The notes under the pieces: model-generated
The model's database searches: none
What the model was told of the DNA's origin: nothing
Seen by the model: only the letters and a program-made list of their open reading frames with translations
Position numbers and translations under genes: made by a program
In this document: positions 41,401 through 51,927 of the stretch, one piece after another
Layout: each line of letters starts with the position of its first letter
How positions within the stretch are numbered: the first letter of the stretch is position 1
Origin: Calditrichaceae bacterium
GTDB lineage: Bacteria > Calditrichota > Calditrichia > Calditrichales > JBFXGD01
Length of the DNA: 64,000 nucleotides
NCBI GenBank assembly: GCA_050173015.1
Contig: JBFXLE010000008.1
Location: 64,584-128,583 of the forward strand
Reading direction: 5' to 3'

Positions 41401-42810
41401 GTGATGAGTTTTATAGACAACAAACGAATTTACGCTGAATTGGCAAATCCCGTGATTGCTTCACCGGAGCGCATTCGTGAAATTTTTGCAAAGGCCCGCG
41501 AAATGAAAGGACTTGAATATGATGAAGTCCTTGCTCTGCTACATCTTGACGACCCTCGGCTGATCAGTGAAATGTATGAAACATCACGATGGATAAAACA
41601 GGAAATCTATGGCAACAGACTCGTGCTCTTTGCTCCATTATATGTCTCCAATTTATGTCAGAATGAATGTCTTTACTGCGCCTTTAGAGCAAAAAATAAA
41701 AAACTGGTCAGAAAATCACTATCACAGGATGAAATCAGGGAAGAAGTTGAATTTCTTCTATCACAGGGCCATAAACGGGTTCTTCTGGTTTCCGGTGAAT
41801 CTTATACCGAACGCGGGCTGAATTATATATTTGATTCGATCAAAACGGTGTATTCCGTCAAAACCGGCAACGCGAATATTCGCAGAATTAATGTGAACAT
41901 CGCTCCCCTGTCCGTAGATGAATTTAAACGGCTATATCAGCAGCAAATAGGCACGTACCAGCTATTTCAGGAGACATACCACGAGGATACATACAAAAAA
42001 TTACATCTGAAGGGCCCGAAATCGGATTATGAATACCGTCTCAACACAATGGACAGGGCTTTTGAAGCCGGATTTGATGATGTAGGAATAGGCGTCTTAT
42101 TCGGGCTTGCTGACTGGAGATATGAAATACTCGCTCTTCTCAATCATATCAATCATCTGGAGCAAAAATTCGGAATCGGTCCGCACACCGTATCCGTTCC
42201 GCGGCTTGAACCCGCGCTCAATTCTGAGATCAGTTATGATCCGCCTTACGCGGTGAGCGACGAGGATTTTAAAAAAATTATCGCTGTTCTGCGAATTGCC
42301 GTACCGTACACCGGGATTATACTCAGCACCCGTGAGAGCGCTTCTATGCGCCGGGCCGCTTTTGATTTGGGCATATCGCAAATATCCGCGGGATCCAGGA
42401 CCAACCCCGGTGGTTATAAACATGATGATACGCATCCTACGGATATCCCCGAAGGTGAAAGGAGTCAGTTCTCTTTGGGTGACTCCAGACCGCTGCTGGA
42501 AGTGACAAAGGATATCGTCGCGCATGATCACATACCCTCATATTGCACAGCATGTTATCGTCTGGGACGCGTCGGTAAGGATTTTATGGATCTCGCCAAA
42601 CCGGGTTTAATAAAGCAAAATTGCCTTCCAAACGCGATGTTCACTTTTGCCGAGTATTTACATGATTTTGCTGACGCGGAGTTAAAAATCGACGGATTCA
42701 AAATGATTGAGAGAATGATTGGGGAAGAAATCAATAATGAAGGGTTGCAAAGAAGAGTTCGCAAAGATTTGATCGAAATAGAGAACGGCCATAGGGATTT
42801 ATATTTATAG
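41401..42810 (+). CDS. hydG: [FeFe]-hydrogenase H-cluster radical SAM maturase HydG
   Basis: FAPLYVSNLCQNECLYC; C-terminal CTAC-x22-C auxiliary cluster motif; AAGGAG before GTG 41401/ATG 41404. Confidence 0.95.
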   Translation: MMSFIDNKRIYAELANPVIASPERIREIFAKAREMKGLEYDEVLALLHLDDPRLISEMYETSRWIKQEIYGNRLVLFAPLYVSNLCQNECLYCAFRAKNKKLVRKSLSQDEIREEVEFLLSQGHKRVLLVSGESYTERGLNYIFDSIKTVYSVKTGNANIRRINVNIAPLSVDEFKRLYQQQIGTYQLFQETYHEDTYKKLHLKGPKSDYEYRLNTMDRAFEAGFDDVGIGVLFGLADWRYEILALLNHINHLEQKFGIGPHTVSVPRLEPALNSEISYDPPYAVSDEDFKKIIAVLRIAVPYTGIILSTRESASMRRAAFDLGISQISAGSRTNPGGYKHDDTHPTDIPEGERSQFSLGDSRPLLEVTKDIVAHDHIPSYCTACYRLGRVGKDFMDLAKPGLIKQNCLPNAMFTFAEYLHDFADAELKIDGFKMIERMIGEEINNEGLQRRVRKDLIEIENGHRDLYL

Positions 42811-42938
42811 AGTAGTATTGAAAAGAATACGAGAAATAAATAAGATAAAAGATTAAATTAAAAATTTAATATGAGTACAGACTTTGAATCGGAAAACAAT
42901 TGATCCACAAAAATGAATGAATTAAGAAGGCTGACGAC

Positions 42939-43997
42939 ATGCTGACAATACTTAATGAAGATCCACACAAGAGAATTGAGCTAAACCGGAGCCAGATCAT
43001 TGATTTATTAAAAACGGATGATCCGTACATTATAAAAGAATTATATAACCGTGCCAATAAGATTCGGGCGCGTTATTGCGGAGAGGAAATTCATGTCAGA
43101 GGGCTTATTAATTTTTCAAACTATTGTAAGCGTGCTTGCCTGTATTGCGGATTAAGAAAAAACAATAAAAATATTCAGCGATACCGCCTTACTACAGATC
43201 AGATTTTTGCGACGGTTTCGAAAGGAGTAACGGCGGGTTATAAAACTTTCGTGCTGCAATCGGGTGAAGATCCCTACTACACCGATGAAATGGTGTCAGG
43301 ACTAATCAGGATGATCAAATCAAAATTTAGTGTCGCCCTTACCCTTTCTCTTGGTGAACGACCTTATTCAACGTTAAAGAAATGGCGTGAGGACGGCGCG
43401 GACAGGTATCTTTTAAAGCATGAGACTTCTGACGCGGGCTTGTATCGGAGACTTCATCCTGATTTGGAATTTCACAACCGGATCACTTCTTTGATCAACC
43501 TCAAGGAGATAGGTTATCAGACCGGGTCAGGCATAATGATTGGACTGCCCGGACAAACCTATGAAAGTATAGCAGACGATATTATCTTATTTAGAAATCT
43601 TGATATTGACATGATCGGCTGTGGTCCATATATCTATAACCCCGATACCCCGAAAATTAAAACAACACCAAACCGTAAAAAATACATTCAGCCGGAAGCG
43701 GAATTTATTTACAAAATCACCGCCATAAACCGGATTATGATCAAGGATGCACTTATTCCCGCCACAACAGCTCTTACTACAATCGAAGAGACAACCGGAC
43801 AGAAAAACGCTCTATTATGCGGCGCCAATGTTATTATGCTGGATATAACTCCCTTAGAAGTGAAACACCTCTATAAAATATATCCGAAAAAAGACTTTAT
43901 TGATGGGATCAAGGACGCGGAAATACTTTTTCAGAATCTTACCATCTCAACGGGAAGACCTGTATCAAAAACACTTGGGCACAGGGCACATCTTTAA
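42939..43997 (+). CDS. hydE: [FeFe]-hydrogenase radical SAM maturase HydE
   Basis: RGLINFSNYCKRACLYCGL, LQSGED, GADRYLLKHET, PATTAL, GANVIM, YKIYP. Confidence 0.88.
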   Translation: MLTILNEDPHKRIELNRSQIIDLLKTDDPYIIKELYNRANKIRARYCGEEIHVRGLINFSNYCKRACLYCGLRKNNKNIQRYRLTTDQIFATVSKGVTAGYKTFVLQSGEDPYYTDEMVSGLIRMIKSKFSVALTLSLGERPYSTLKKWREDGADRYLLKHETSDAGLYRRLHPDLEFHNRITSLINLKEIGYQTGSGIMIGLPGQTYESIADDIILFRNLDIDMIGCGPYIYNPDTPKIKTTPNRKKYIQPEAEFIYKITAINRIMIKDALIPATTALTTIEETTGQKNALLCGANVIMLDITPLEVKHLYKIYPKKDFIDGIKDAEILFQNLTISTGRPVSKTLGHRAHL

Positions 43998-44038
43998 TAT
44001 TTGTTAAAGCCGGTTAGTTGCCTTACCTCAAATTTTTA

Positions 44039-45265
44039 TTATAAATAGGATAGAGCTGAGTCGTTCATTTTATAAAATGGCTCGATAGCGCGCTTGTAAA
44101 TTCCAAGACAATAAGCTATCGCCATGCCGTAATTAGTGACCGGAATTTCGAGGTCTATTGCCGGCTTTAACCGGTTGTAAATCTGCTTTCTCGTGAGCAT
44201 ACACCCGCCGCACTGAATAACCATACTGTATTCCAGGATCTCCCGTTCCACATTGCTGAGTCCCGCCACCATATCAAAATGGAGCTTTTTCCCGGTAAAA
44301 TTGGTTATCCATCTTGGAATTTTTACTCTTCCAATATCGTCTCCGGCAACATGATGGCTGCATGATTCAAGAACTAATATCCGGTCATTATCCTTTAGCT
44401 TGGATATATAAGGTGTGCCGTCGATATATTCCCTGAAAGCTCCGCGATATCTGGCCAGAAGAATGCTGAAACTTGTAAGAGGGATATCAGCCGGGACTGA
44501 GGCATCCGCTTTTAAAAATTCCTGACTGTCTGTAATCACTAATTTTGGTTTCAGATCAGGATGTGTCCTAAAAAATGCCTCCAGTTCCCTCTCTTTCATG
44601 ATGATAGTGATGCAGTCATGATCGAGCAAGTCGCGAATCGTCTGAACCTGAGGCAATATAAGTCTGCCCTTCGGCGCCTCCACATCAATCGGCGTTACAA
44701 GGACAACAATATCACCGTATGAAACCAGATCACCCACCAGACTCGGCTGATCCAGAGAGGACTCAGGAACATGTTTTTTTATTAAACCGATAATCTCATC
44801 TATATTATCAGGGCAAAAAGCGTTAAACTCAATAATATCCGTCAATGTCTCTTTTTCGATTATTTCTTTGGTCAAGGCGGACATTCTTAAAAGATCGGAT
44901 TTATTATGCACCACCAGGAACGGCACCCTGTATTCTTCAAACTTTTCGACGAGCAGCCGTTCGGGACTTTCGTAAGTATTTTCGGAGACCAGCAGGATCG
45001 CCATATCTATCGTTTTTATGACATCGAGTGTTCTCCCGACCCTTTTCTGTCCCATTTCCCCCACATCATCAATACCCGCCGTATCAATAAAGATGACCGG
45101 ACCAATTCCGGGCAGTTCCATCGCTTTGTTTACGGGATCGGTCGTCGTGCCCGGATAATCGGCAACGATCGAAACATTCTGACCCGATACCGCATTGATA
45201 AAAGAACTTTTTCCGATATTTCTCCGGCCAAAGATTCCGATATGCGGTTTTTCTGCTTTTGTCAT
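44039..45265 (-). CDS. hydF: [FeFe]-hydrogenase maturation GTPase HydF
   Basis: GRRNIGKSS, GTTTDPV, DTAG, NKSD, APKGRLILPQVQ, ESCSHH...QCGGC; GGAG SD before ATG 45265. Confidence 0.95.
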   Translation of the reverse strand: MTKAEKPHIGIFGRRNIGKSSFINAVSGQNVSIVADYPGTTTDPVNKAMELPGIGPVIFIDTAGIDDVGEMGQKRVGRTLDVIKTIDMAILLVSENTYESPERLLVEKFEEYRVPFLVVHNKSDLLRMSALTKEIIEKETLTDIIEFNAFCPDNIDEIIGLIKKHVPESSLDQPSLVGDLVSYGDIVVLVTPIDVEAPKGRLILPQVQTIRDLLDHDCITIIMKERELEAFFRTHPDLKPKLVITDSQEFLKADASVPADIPLTSFSILLARYRGAFREYIDGTPYISKLKDNDRILVLESCSHHVAGDDIGRVKIPRWITNFTGKKLHFDMVAGLSNVEREILEYSMVIQCGGCMLTRKQIYNRLKPAIDLEIPVTNYGMAIAYCLGIYKRAIEPFYKMNDSALSYL

Positions 45266-45305
45266 GGATACTCCAAATTTAGACAATGAAACTCAACAAA
45301 ATCTG

Positions 45306-46775
45306 TTACTCGTTATCTATTTCTTTTTCCCGGTTATCGGGTATTTCATCAATTGTAAATCCGAGTTTTAACAGATAATCCGGCTTCATTAAGATCTCCA
45401 ACTGATCGGGGTCAATTAAATGTAAATGCTGATTTGCATTAAATATATCACAACTGTGTTCCGACATTACTCTTGCCAGTTTTTCCACCTGCTTATACCC
45501 CAGATACGGAATAAGCGCTGTCGTAACAGCTGGATTTTTCAACAATTTTTCAAGCGCCTGTTTCGTATTGATATTCAGACCGGTCATCATATTACGATTT
45601 ACTGTCCAGTTGCAATCAATGAGTAATTGCAGACTATCCAGCAAGGCGTCTCCAATTACCGGCAGATTGGCATTCAGATCAAGGCATCCCTGAGCGGCAA
45701 GCGAAGTGATAAGTCCGTCATTCGCGTAGATTTTATGGCAAGCGCCAATGACAAATTCAGGAATAACGGGATTAATTTTACCGGGCATGATGGAGCTTCC
45801 AACCTGTTTCTTCGGAATTTCCATCTCTTTTTGAGAAATTAAATCCGAAGAGAGCAACCGGAGATCGGAAACCATTTTCTCCAGATTTACCGCGTTTGCC
45901 TTCAGGATCGCGTGTACTTCGACAAATGAATCCAAATTAGCGGTCGTGTCCGATAGATTTTCACTTCTGGTCACCGGGTGCCCTGTTAAATCCTTCAATG
46001 TCTGCACCACTTCGAAAATGAAAAATCTGGGAACGGTGATACCTGTGCCGACAGCGCTCCCGCCAAGATTCACGATTTTTATTCGTTCCAAACTTTTTGA
46101 AACGCGCCACCAGTCTCGTGAAAGGGCATTATTATATGCGCTGAATAGTTTTCCGTATGAAGATGGAACCGCTGCCTGCATTTGGGTATATGCAATACGA
46201 AGGTTTTCCCGGTAGTTTGTTTCGTGTACTTCAGTGATTTTTCGCAATCCGTTGATTTCTTTTTCCAAAACTCCCAGTAATTCCATCATAGCCAGTCTCA
46301 GGGCGGTAGGAACCACATCATTGGTTGATTGAAAGATATTGGCATGTTCTATCGGATGAACAACTTCATAATCACCCGGATTTTTACCCATTCTCACCAG
46401 AGCCGAATTAGCGATAATCTCATTGATGTTCATATTGATGCTTGTTCCGGCTCCTCCGGAAATGCCGGGAACAATAAAATGTTCGAAATATTTACCGGAA
46501 GATATTTCTTCAGCACTAATGATGATTTGTTTTAAAACAGAGTCATCAATAAATTTTAAGGGAAGTATTTTATTCGGATATTTCTGCCGGGTAGCATTTT
46601 TAAATTTTTCATAAGTTTGATAACAGGCGAGTTTGACAGTTCCGAGAGCTCGGTACCATATAAAATTAAATGGGGATCGATCCGGAAAATTCTCTCTGGC
46701 TCTTATCGAATGAATCCCGTATAATGAATCTCTCGGAATACCTTTTTCTCCAAGAGCATCCTGTTCAGTTCTCAT
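45306..46775 (-). CDS. aspA: Aspartate ammonia-lyase-like protein (fumarase/aspartase superfamily)
   Basis: R.E.DALG, YGIHS.RA.ENF, GGAGTSINMN.NE, QSTND..PTA, GSSIMPGKINP. Confidence 0.8.
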   Translation of the reverse strand: MRTEQDALGEKGIPRDSLYGIHSIRARENFPDRSPFNFIWYRALGTVKLACYQTYEKFKNATRQKYPNKILPLKFIDDSVLKQIIISAEEISSGKYFEHFIVPGISGGAGTSINMNINEIIANSALVRMGKNPGDYEVVHPIEHANIFQSTNDVVPTALRLAMMELLGVLEKEINGLRKITEVHETNYRENLRIAYTQMQAAVPSSYGKLFSAYNNALSRDWWRVSKSLERIKIVNLGGSAVGTGITVPRFFIFEVVQTLKDLTGHPVTRSENLSDTTANLDSFVEVHAILKANAVNLEKMVSDLRLLSSDLISQKEMEIPKKQVGSSIMPGKINPVIPEFVIGACHKIYANDGLITSLAAQGCLDLNANLPVIGDALLDSLQLLIDCNWTVNRNMMTGLNINTKQALEKLLKNPAVTTALIPYLGYKQVEKLARVMSEHSCDIFNANQHLHLIDPDQLEILMKPDYLLKLGFTIDEIPDNREKEIDNE

Positions 46776-47014
46776 GAATTAAATTTACTAAATATTTGTC
46801 TTTTTTGAAAATAACAATAAAAATATTATGCTGTTAAATGCATTGAATATTTAACAGTTTCTAATTAAAAAACATGTGAAAAACACCTGATTAAAGAATC
46901 AAACTTCCTGTTTTATCCTGATTCTTTATTTCGTTTTTGACAAAAAAATACCTTTCTCCCATGGCCGGGGAAAAAACACCGTTCACAATTGTTCAGATAA
47001 CCAAATAATATATT

Positions 47015-47341
47015 CTATTTCTTTGGTTTTATCGTTTTTAGCAATTTACCCGTTTGAGAATCAAATATTTTTAGGACTATTCCGTCAATAATACTGATCT
47101 CACATTTTCTGAATTCGCTGGCAATGATTTCTACATTCGGTTCCTTAGCATCAAGGTGGAGATAAACATCTACTTGTTCGAGGGTATCACTGTCTTTCCA
47201 TTCATATTCCACCACTACATTCACATTTTTGAAATCAGGTTGTATCTCAGTTGTATCAGCCTCTACCGAGAGCACGGCCGCGGAAGCATTGGAACCGATC
47301 ATGAGAACAAACAAAAAAACCATAAAAAAGGCAGCTTTCAT
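47015..47341 (-). CDS. Secreted hypothetical protein (108 aa)
   Basis: Strong SD AGGAGG; Sec signal peptide ending ASA. Confidence 0.65.
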   Translation of the reverse strand: MKAAFFMVFLFVLMIGSNASAAVLSVEADTTEIQPDFKNVNVVVEYEWKDSDTLEQVDVYLHLDAKEPNVEIIASEFRKCEISIIDGIVLKIFDSQTGKLLKTIKPKK

Positions 47342-47409
47342 CAGACACCTCCTTTTCTTGAAGATCCCCCGGCCTTTCTACGACTTTTATATATTATTAC
47401 CCGGTTTGT

Positions 47410-48264
47410 CTAATCTCTTTGCCTTTCCGCTGTTAAATCGAACGAATCACCGACATTCATTAGTTTAACCCTGCCTTTGAAATGCTGAAACATTGTATGC
47501 ATTGCCGTAAAACCGGTGCAATGCAAAGGGACAATAAATGCCGGATCTATTTTCTTCAGATCGGCAACAACACGCTCAATCCTTTTTAAAGGACTGCCAA
47601 GCAGATGCATACCTCCAAAAACAGCAAATATAGTATTATTATGAGTAATTCTCATTGCGTGTTTTACGCTGTTTACCGCGCCTGAATGTCCGCATCCGAG
47701 AAGAACAATCAGTCCTTTTTCACTATTTAGTATCAGCGACATATCATCATGTATTTCATCGTGGATGTAACTTTCCAATACCCGCTGCTGGTAGGTCTCA
47801 TCAATAAATTCATATTCCGTCAGGCGCGGGATTTCTCCTGAAATCCATACATCCGGGAATAGTTCATGGGCATGTGATTTGAAAATAAAATTCGCCCCCG
47901 AAGAAGTCACATCCTTTTTTTCCCAGGGCACACCGATATCCACTTTTCCATTCGGATAGACGCGGAATTTTTTATTTGTTAAGGCAGGATGGCAAACGAC
48001 GGAAATTGGTTTTACGCGTTTCACAAAATGAGTCAATCCGCCCGTGTGGTCAAAATGACCATGGCTCAAAACAATCATATCCACAAGATTAAGGTCAAGA
48101 CCAAGCTGAATCGCGTTGTGCATAAACGCGTCCGTCTGCCCCGTATCAAAAAGAATATTTCCTTCCGATGTCTGTACCAGCACCGACAATCCCTGCTCGG
48201 CAATAAGTTTCGGGTTGTTCACCCTGTTTTCGGAAAGGATGGTAAGTTTTATTTTTGATAACAT
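47410..48264 (-). CDS. MBL-fold metallo-hydrolase (COG1237-type)
   Basis: EQGLS, ILFDTG, SHGHFDHTGG, GCGHSG, GGMHL, PLHCTG. Confidence 0.88.
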   Translation of the reverse strand: MLSKIKLTILSENRVNNPKLIAEQGLSVLVQTSEGNILFDTGQTDAFMHNAIQLGLDLNLVDMIVLSHGHFDHTGGLTHFVKRVKPISVVCHPALTNKKFRVYPNGKVDIGVPWEKKDVTSSGANFIFKSHAHELFPDVWISGEIPRLTEYEFIDETYQQRVLESYIHDEIHDDMSLILNSEKGLIVLLGCGHSGAVNSVKHAMRITHNNTIFAVFGGMHLLGSPLKRIERVVADLKKIDPAFIVPLHCTGFTAMHTMFQHFKGRVKLMNVGDSFDLTAERQRD

Positions 48265-48383
48265 GGTCCCCCCTGTCTAAAAATTTTTAAAATTAATTTT
48301 TATTCAGGTATTACCACAACGTATGTGATATAATACACATAAATAAAACGGATTCACATAATTAAAATAAATATTTCTGCCGG

Positions 48384-49502
48384 TCAGCAATATCTGATCT
48401 CCGGTTGAGTTCGACCGATTTTTGTTAATACGATTTGCCATAACTGATTATCCCGGGAACGGAATCCCGCAGCTGAACTCAAAAGGTAATATCTCCACAT
48501 TCTTCTGAACCGGTCATCATAATGAATTTTCAATTTCGGCCAGGCGTTTTCAAAATTTTCATACCACGCCATTAAGGTCTTATCATAATCCGGCCCAAAA
48601 TTATGCCAGTCTTCAATGACAAACAGATTTTCCGCCGCCGAGCCAATTTGTCTTATGGATGGAACCTGTCCGTTCGGGAATATATATTTTATTGTCCATG
48701 GATTCATGGTGGTGGAGCTCTTGTTTTGTCCGATGGTCTGAATAAACGCAATTCCATCCTCTTTAAGAGTACGGTTGACCACCTCCATATAAGTCCGGTG
48801 ATTTTTATAACCGATATGTTCGAAGCTGCCAATGGAAATCACACGGTCAAATGAGCCTTTAACGGCACGGTAATCCTGTAATCTTATCTCTACGGGCAGC
48901 TCATGGCACAATTCATTGCCCAGCTCATACTGATTTTTTGAAACCGTTATGCCCGTGACGGAAACGCCGTACATCTCCGCGGCAAATTTCGCGAACGCAC
49001 CCCACCCGCAGCCGATATCCAGAACAGTCATACCTTCCCTGAGATCGATTTTTTTGCAAATCATAGCGAGCTTGGCTTCCTGCGCTTCATCAAGCTGATC
49101 CGCGTTTTTCCAATAAGCGCAGCTGTAATTCATCCTTTTGTCGAGCATCGCTCTGTACAAATCGTTCCCTACGTCGTAATGATGTTTTCCAACCTGATAT
49201 GCCCTGTCTCTGTTCTGAAGATTAAACAGTCTCGATTTAAGAACATGCCATTTTAAGGGTAAGCTGTGTTTAATCCGATGATGGATCCCTGAAGATAAAA
49301 TCCGGTAAAATAATTCATCAAGCGCCTCACAATCCCACCACCCGTCCATATAGGACTCTCCCAAACCCAGCGCGGAATCACGCAGTACCCGTTCGTAGAA
49401 GCGCTCATCATGCACAAGAATATCATACCGCTCATGGCCGTTTATTTTAATAGCGGCCATCTCAAGCAATTCATAGATTATGGATTCAGCCTTAGGAGCC
49501 AT
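48384..49502 (-). CDS. cfa: Cyclopropane-fatty-acyl-phospholipid synthase
   Basis: LGLGESYMDGWWDC, HYDVGNDLY, MNYSCAYW, LDIGCGWG, KYIFPNG, RMWRYYL. Confidence 0.94.
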   Translation of the reverse strand: MAPKAESIIYELLEMAAIKINGHERYDILVHDERFYERVLRDSALGLGESYMDGWWDCEALDELFYRILSSGIHHRIKHSLPLKWHVLKSRLFNLQNRDRAYQVGKHHYDVGNDLYRAMLDKRMNYSCAYWKNADQLDEAQEAKLAMICKKIDLREGMTVLDIGCGWGAFAKFAAEMYGVSVTGITVSKNQYELGNELCHELPVEIRLQDYRAVKGSFDRVISIGSFEHIGYKNHRTYMEVVNRTLKEDGIAFIQTIGQNKSSTTMNPWTIKYIFPNGQVPSIRQIGSAAENLFVIEDWHNFGPDYDKTLMAWYENFENAWPKLKIHYDDRFRRMWRYYLLSSAAGFRSRDNQLWQIVLTKIGRTQPEIRYC

Positions 49503-49693
49503 ACAACGGTCCCCTGAAATATATAATTTTAGATAAAAAGTTTGAACAGGATCAGTTTTATCTAACCAGGATTAATTCATATAGATTGCGGATCTGTATC
49601 TATTAAACAAGAGAATTGAATTTATTTTCCGTAAAAAATATTTTTTCTCACCGGTAAGATTTTTTTCTTCCCGGCTGAATATTCTTCTATAGA

Positions 49694-50821
49694 TCAACTC
49701 AGACGTTTTTGGAAACGCAGGACCGCGGATCCGAAAGCGATTAATCCGAAAGCCAGCATGGCCAACGCCTCCTTTACAAGATACGGGGCTGATGTGCCTT
49801 TTAAATATATTTCCCGTATGACTACCATGTAGTAACGCAGAGGATTAAGATAGGTTACCATCTGAACCCAGTCGGGCATGTTTTGGATGGGGATAAAAAA
49901 ACCGGAGAGGATAAACGCGAATATTGAAAAAAACCAGGCGACAAACATGGCCTGCTGCTGAGTTTTAGCCATCGTTGACGCAAATATACCGAGTCCAAGG
50001 GTGCTTAAACTAAAAATCATACTCAACACATAGAGTAAAATCAGATTTCCTTTGATCCATATCCCAAAGATGATTCCCGCGGCAAGTATGCCGACGTTTA
50101 GAAGCAGGAATGAGATGATCAGGAAAGGAATCGTTTTTCCGATTATAAGCTCACTGCTTCTTATGGGCGTCACCATTAATTGTTCAAGCGTTCCGATCTC
50201 TTTTTCCCGAACTATACTCATTCCTGTCAAAACCGCCGTAATAATAGTAAGCAATACGGCGATGACTCCGGGTACAATATTATTTACGCTTTCAAGACTC
50301 GGATTATATAACATCCGTGGTAAAATTTCAGTTATGTGCACACCTGCCGTTTTTTGGGCGAGAAGTCCGGCGCTGCCCAACCACTCTTTCTGGAGATTGA
50401 CAGAGATCTGATTCACATACCCCAGAGCGATTCCTGCCGAGTTTCCATCCACTCCGTCAACGATTGCCTGAACTTTGGGCTGAATACCGTTTTTCAAATC
50501 CCTTTCAAAATGAGGCGGAATAACCAAGGCTAGTTTTATTTCACCGTAATCCATCATCTCTTTCGATCTGGCTTCCGTTTTCACCACCCCGACATACTCG
50601 AATGATTCCGTCACACTGAACGCATCGATAATCCTTCGGCTGGACTGTGAATGATCCAAATCAACAATAGCCAGCGGAACATGCTTTACATCGGTGGTTA
50701 TGGCAAATCCCAGCAAAACGATTTCGACAAACGGCATCACAAAAATGATACCAATGAAAGCTTTTTCCCTTAAAATTTCCCTGAACTCTTTTTGTATCAG
50801 ATATAATATCCTTTGGATCAT
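49694..50821 (-). CDS. ABC-2 transporter permease (YbhR-like)
   Basis: KEFREILR, SIVREKEIGTLEQLMVTP, LSGFFIPI.NMP. Start moved to Met 50821. Confidence 0.9.
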   Translation of the reverse strand: MIQRILYLIQKEFREILREKAFIGIIFVMPFVEIVLLGFAITTDVKHVPLAIVDLDHSQSSRRIIDAFSVTESFEYVGVVKTEARSKEMMDYGEIKLALVIPPHFERDLKNGIQPKVQAIVDGVDGNSAGIALGYVNQISVNLQKEWLGSAGLLAQKTAGVHITEILPRMLYNPSLESVNNIVPGVIAVLLTIITAVLTGMSIVREKEIGTLEQLMVTPIRSSELIIGKTIPFLIISFLLLNVGILAAGIIFGIWIKGNLILLYVLSMIFSLSTLGLGIFASTMAKTQQQAMFVAWFFSIFAFILSGFFIPIQNMPDWVQMVTYLNPLRYYMVVIREIYLKGTSAPYLVKEALAMLAFGLIAFGSAVLRFQKRLS

Positions 50822-50823
50822 AT

Positions 50824-51927
50824 TTACTCCAGTTTCGTGCTGAACTTTCTGAGACTTAGGATGATCAATCCGGCGGACATCACTACCAGATAAATCGTTT
50901 GCCATGTCAATTCAGCGATTCCAACGCCTTTAAGCATGATACCGCGGATAATTTCTATAAAATGCGTCGCGGGTATAATCCAGGCGATATACTGCAGAAT
51001 TTCCGGCATACTTTTGATGGGAAAAATAAATCCTGTGAGCATCACTGTCGGTAATATGGTGGCGACAATTGTAACCAACATGGCCACCTGCTGTGAACTG
51101 GTGACCGTTGAGATAAGCAGGCCCAGACTTAAGCCGGTCAGTAAATAAAGGATCAGCATTATATTAAGCAGCATCAGGGAACCATTGACAGGGACATCAA
51201 ACCACAGCCATGCAAAAAAGAGTACGAGAATGCTGTCAAAAAAACCGATAATCACATAAGGGATTACCTTGCCGATGATAATCTGGACAGGCCGAACCGG
51301 ACTGACCAGAATCTGCTCCATCGTTCCCACCTCTTTCTCACGTACGATCGTGATGCTTGTCAAAAGTGCGCTGATCAGAAGCATAATCACCGCGATCAAT
51401 CCCGGTACAAAGAAATAGGATGACTTCAAATCCGGATTATACAGAAGTCGCGGTTCAACCTGAAACGCGGTCATCATCTGTTGATTCATCATAAAATTAT
51501 ATTTACTCACGATAAGCGTGACATAATTGTTTATATAGTTTGCCGCGTTGGGATCACTCGCGTCGATCAGTAACTGCACCGGAGTACTCACGCCGGTTTG
51601 CAATTCTCTTGAGAAGTTTTCCGGTATCACAAGAACGCACCGGGCTTTCCTCTGATAGAATATGGTTTCAATCTGATCATAAGGGACATCTACATCGGTC
51701 ACAATAAAAAAATCCGTCGAGATTATTTTTTCTGTCAACGCCCTGCTTTCCGGTGTTTTAGATAAATCAACGATCGCGGTTTCGATATTACGCATCTCCA
51801 GCGTAATCGCGTAGCCGTAAAGAAAAAGCATAATTATTGGCATGGCGATGATAATAGCGAGAGTCTGGGGATCTCTCCAAATATGAGTAAACTCTTTTTT
51901 CGCTATACTTCTCAGGATCTGGTTCAT
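50824..51927 (-). CDS. ABC-2 transporter permease (YbhS-like)
   Basis: KEF.HI.RDP, YNPDLKS, IVREKEVGTMEQILVSP. Confidence 0.9.
   Translation of the reverse strand: MNQILRSIAKKEFTHIWRDPQTLAIIIAMPIIMLFLYGYAITLEMRNIETAIVDLSKTPESRALTEKIISTDFFIVTDVDVPYDQIETIFYQRKARCVLVIPENFSRELQTGVSTPVQLLIDASDPNAANYINNYVTLIVSKYNFMMNQQMMTAFQVEPRLLYNPDLKSSYFFVPGLIAVIMLLISALLTSITIVREKEVGTMEQILVSPVRPVQIIIGKVIPYVIIGFFDSILVLFFAWLWFDVPVNGSLMLLNIMLILYLLTGLSLGLLISTVTSSQQVAMLVTIVATILPTVMLTGFIFPIKSMPEILQYIAWIIPATHFIEIIRGIMLKGVGIAELTWQTIYLVVMSAGLIILSLRKFSTKLE

Noticed and set aside
41401-43997. thiH and bioB calls for the two radical SAM genes
   Set aside because: The C-terminal CxxC-x22-C motif and hydrogenase context indicate HydG and HydE.
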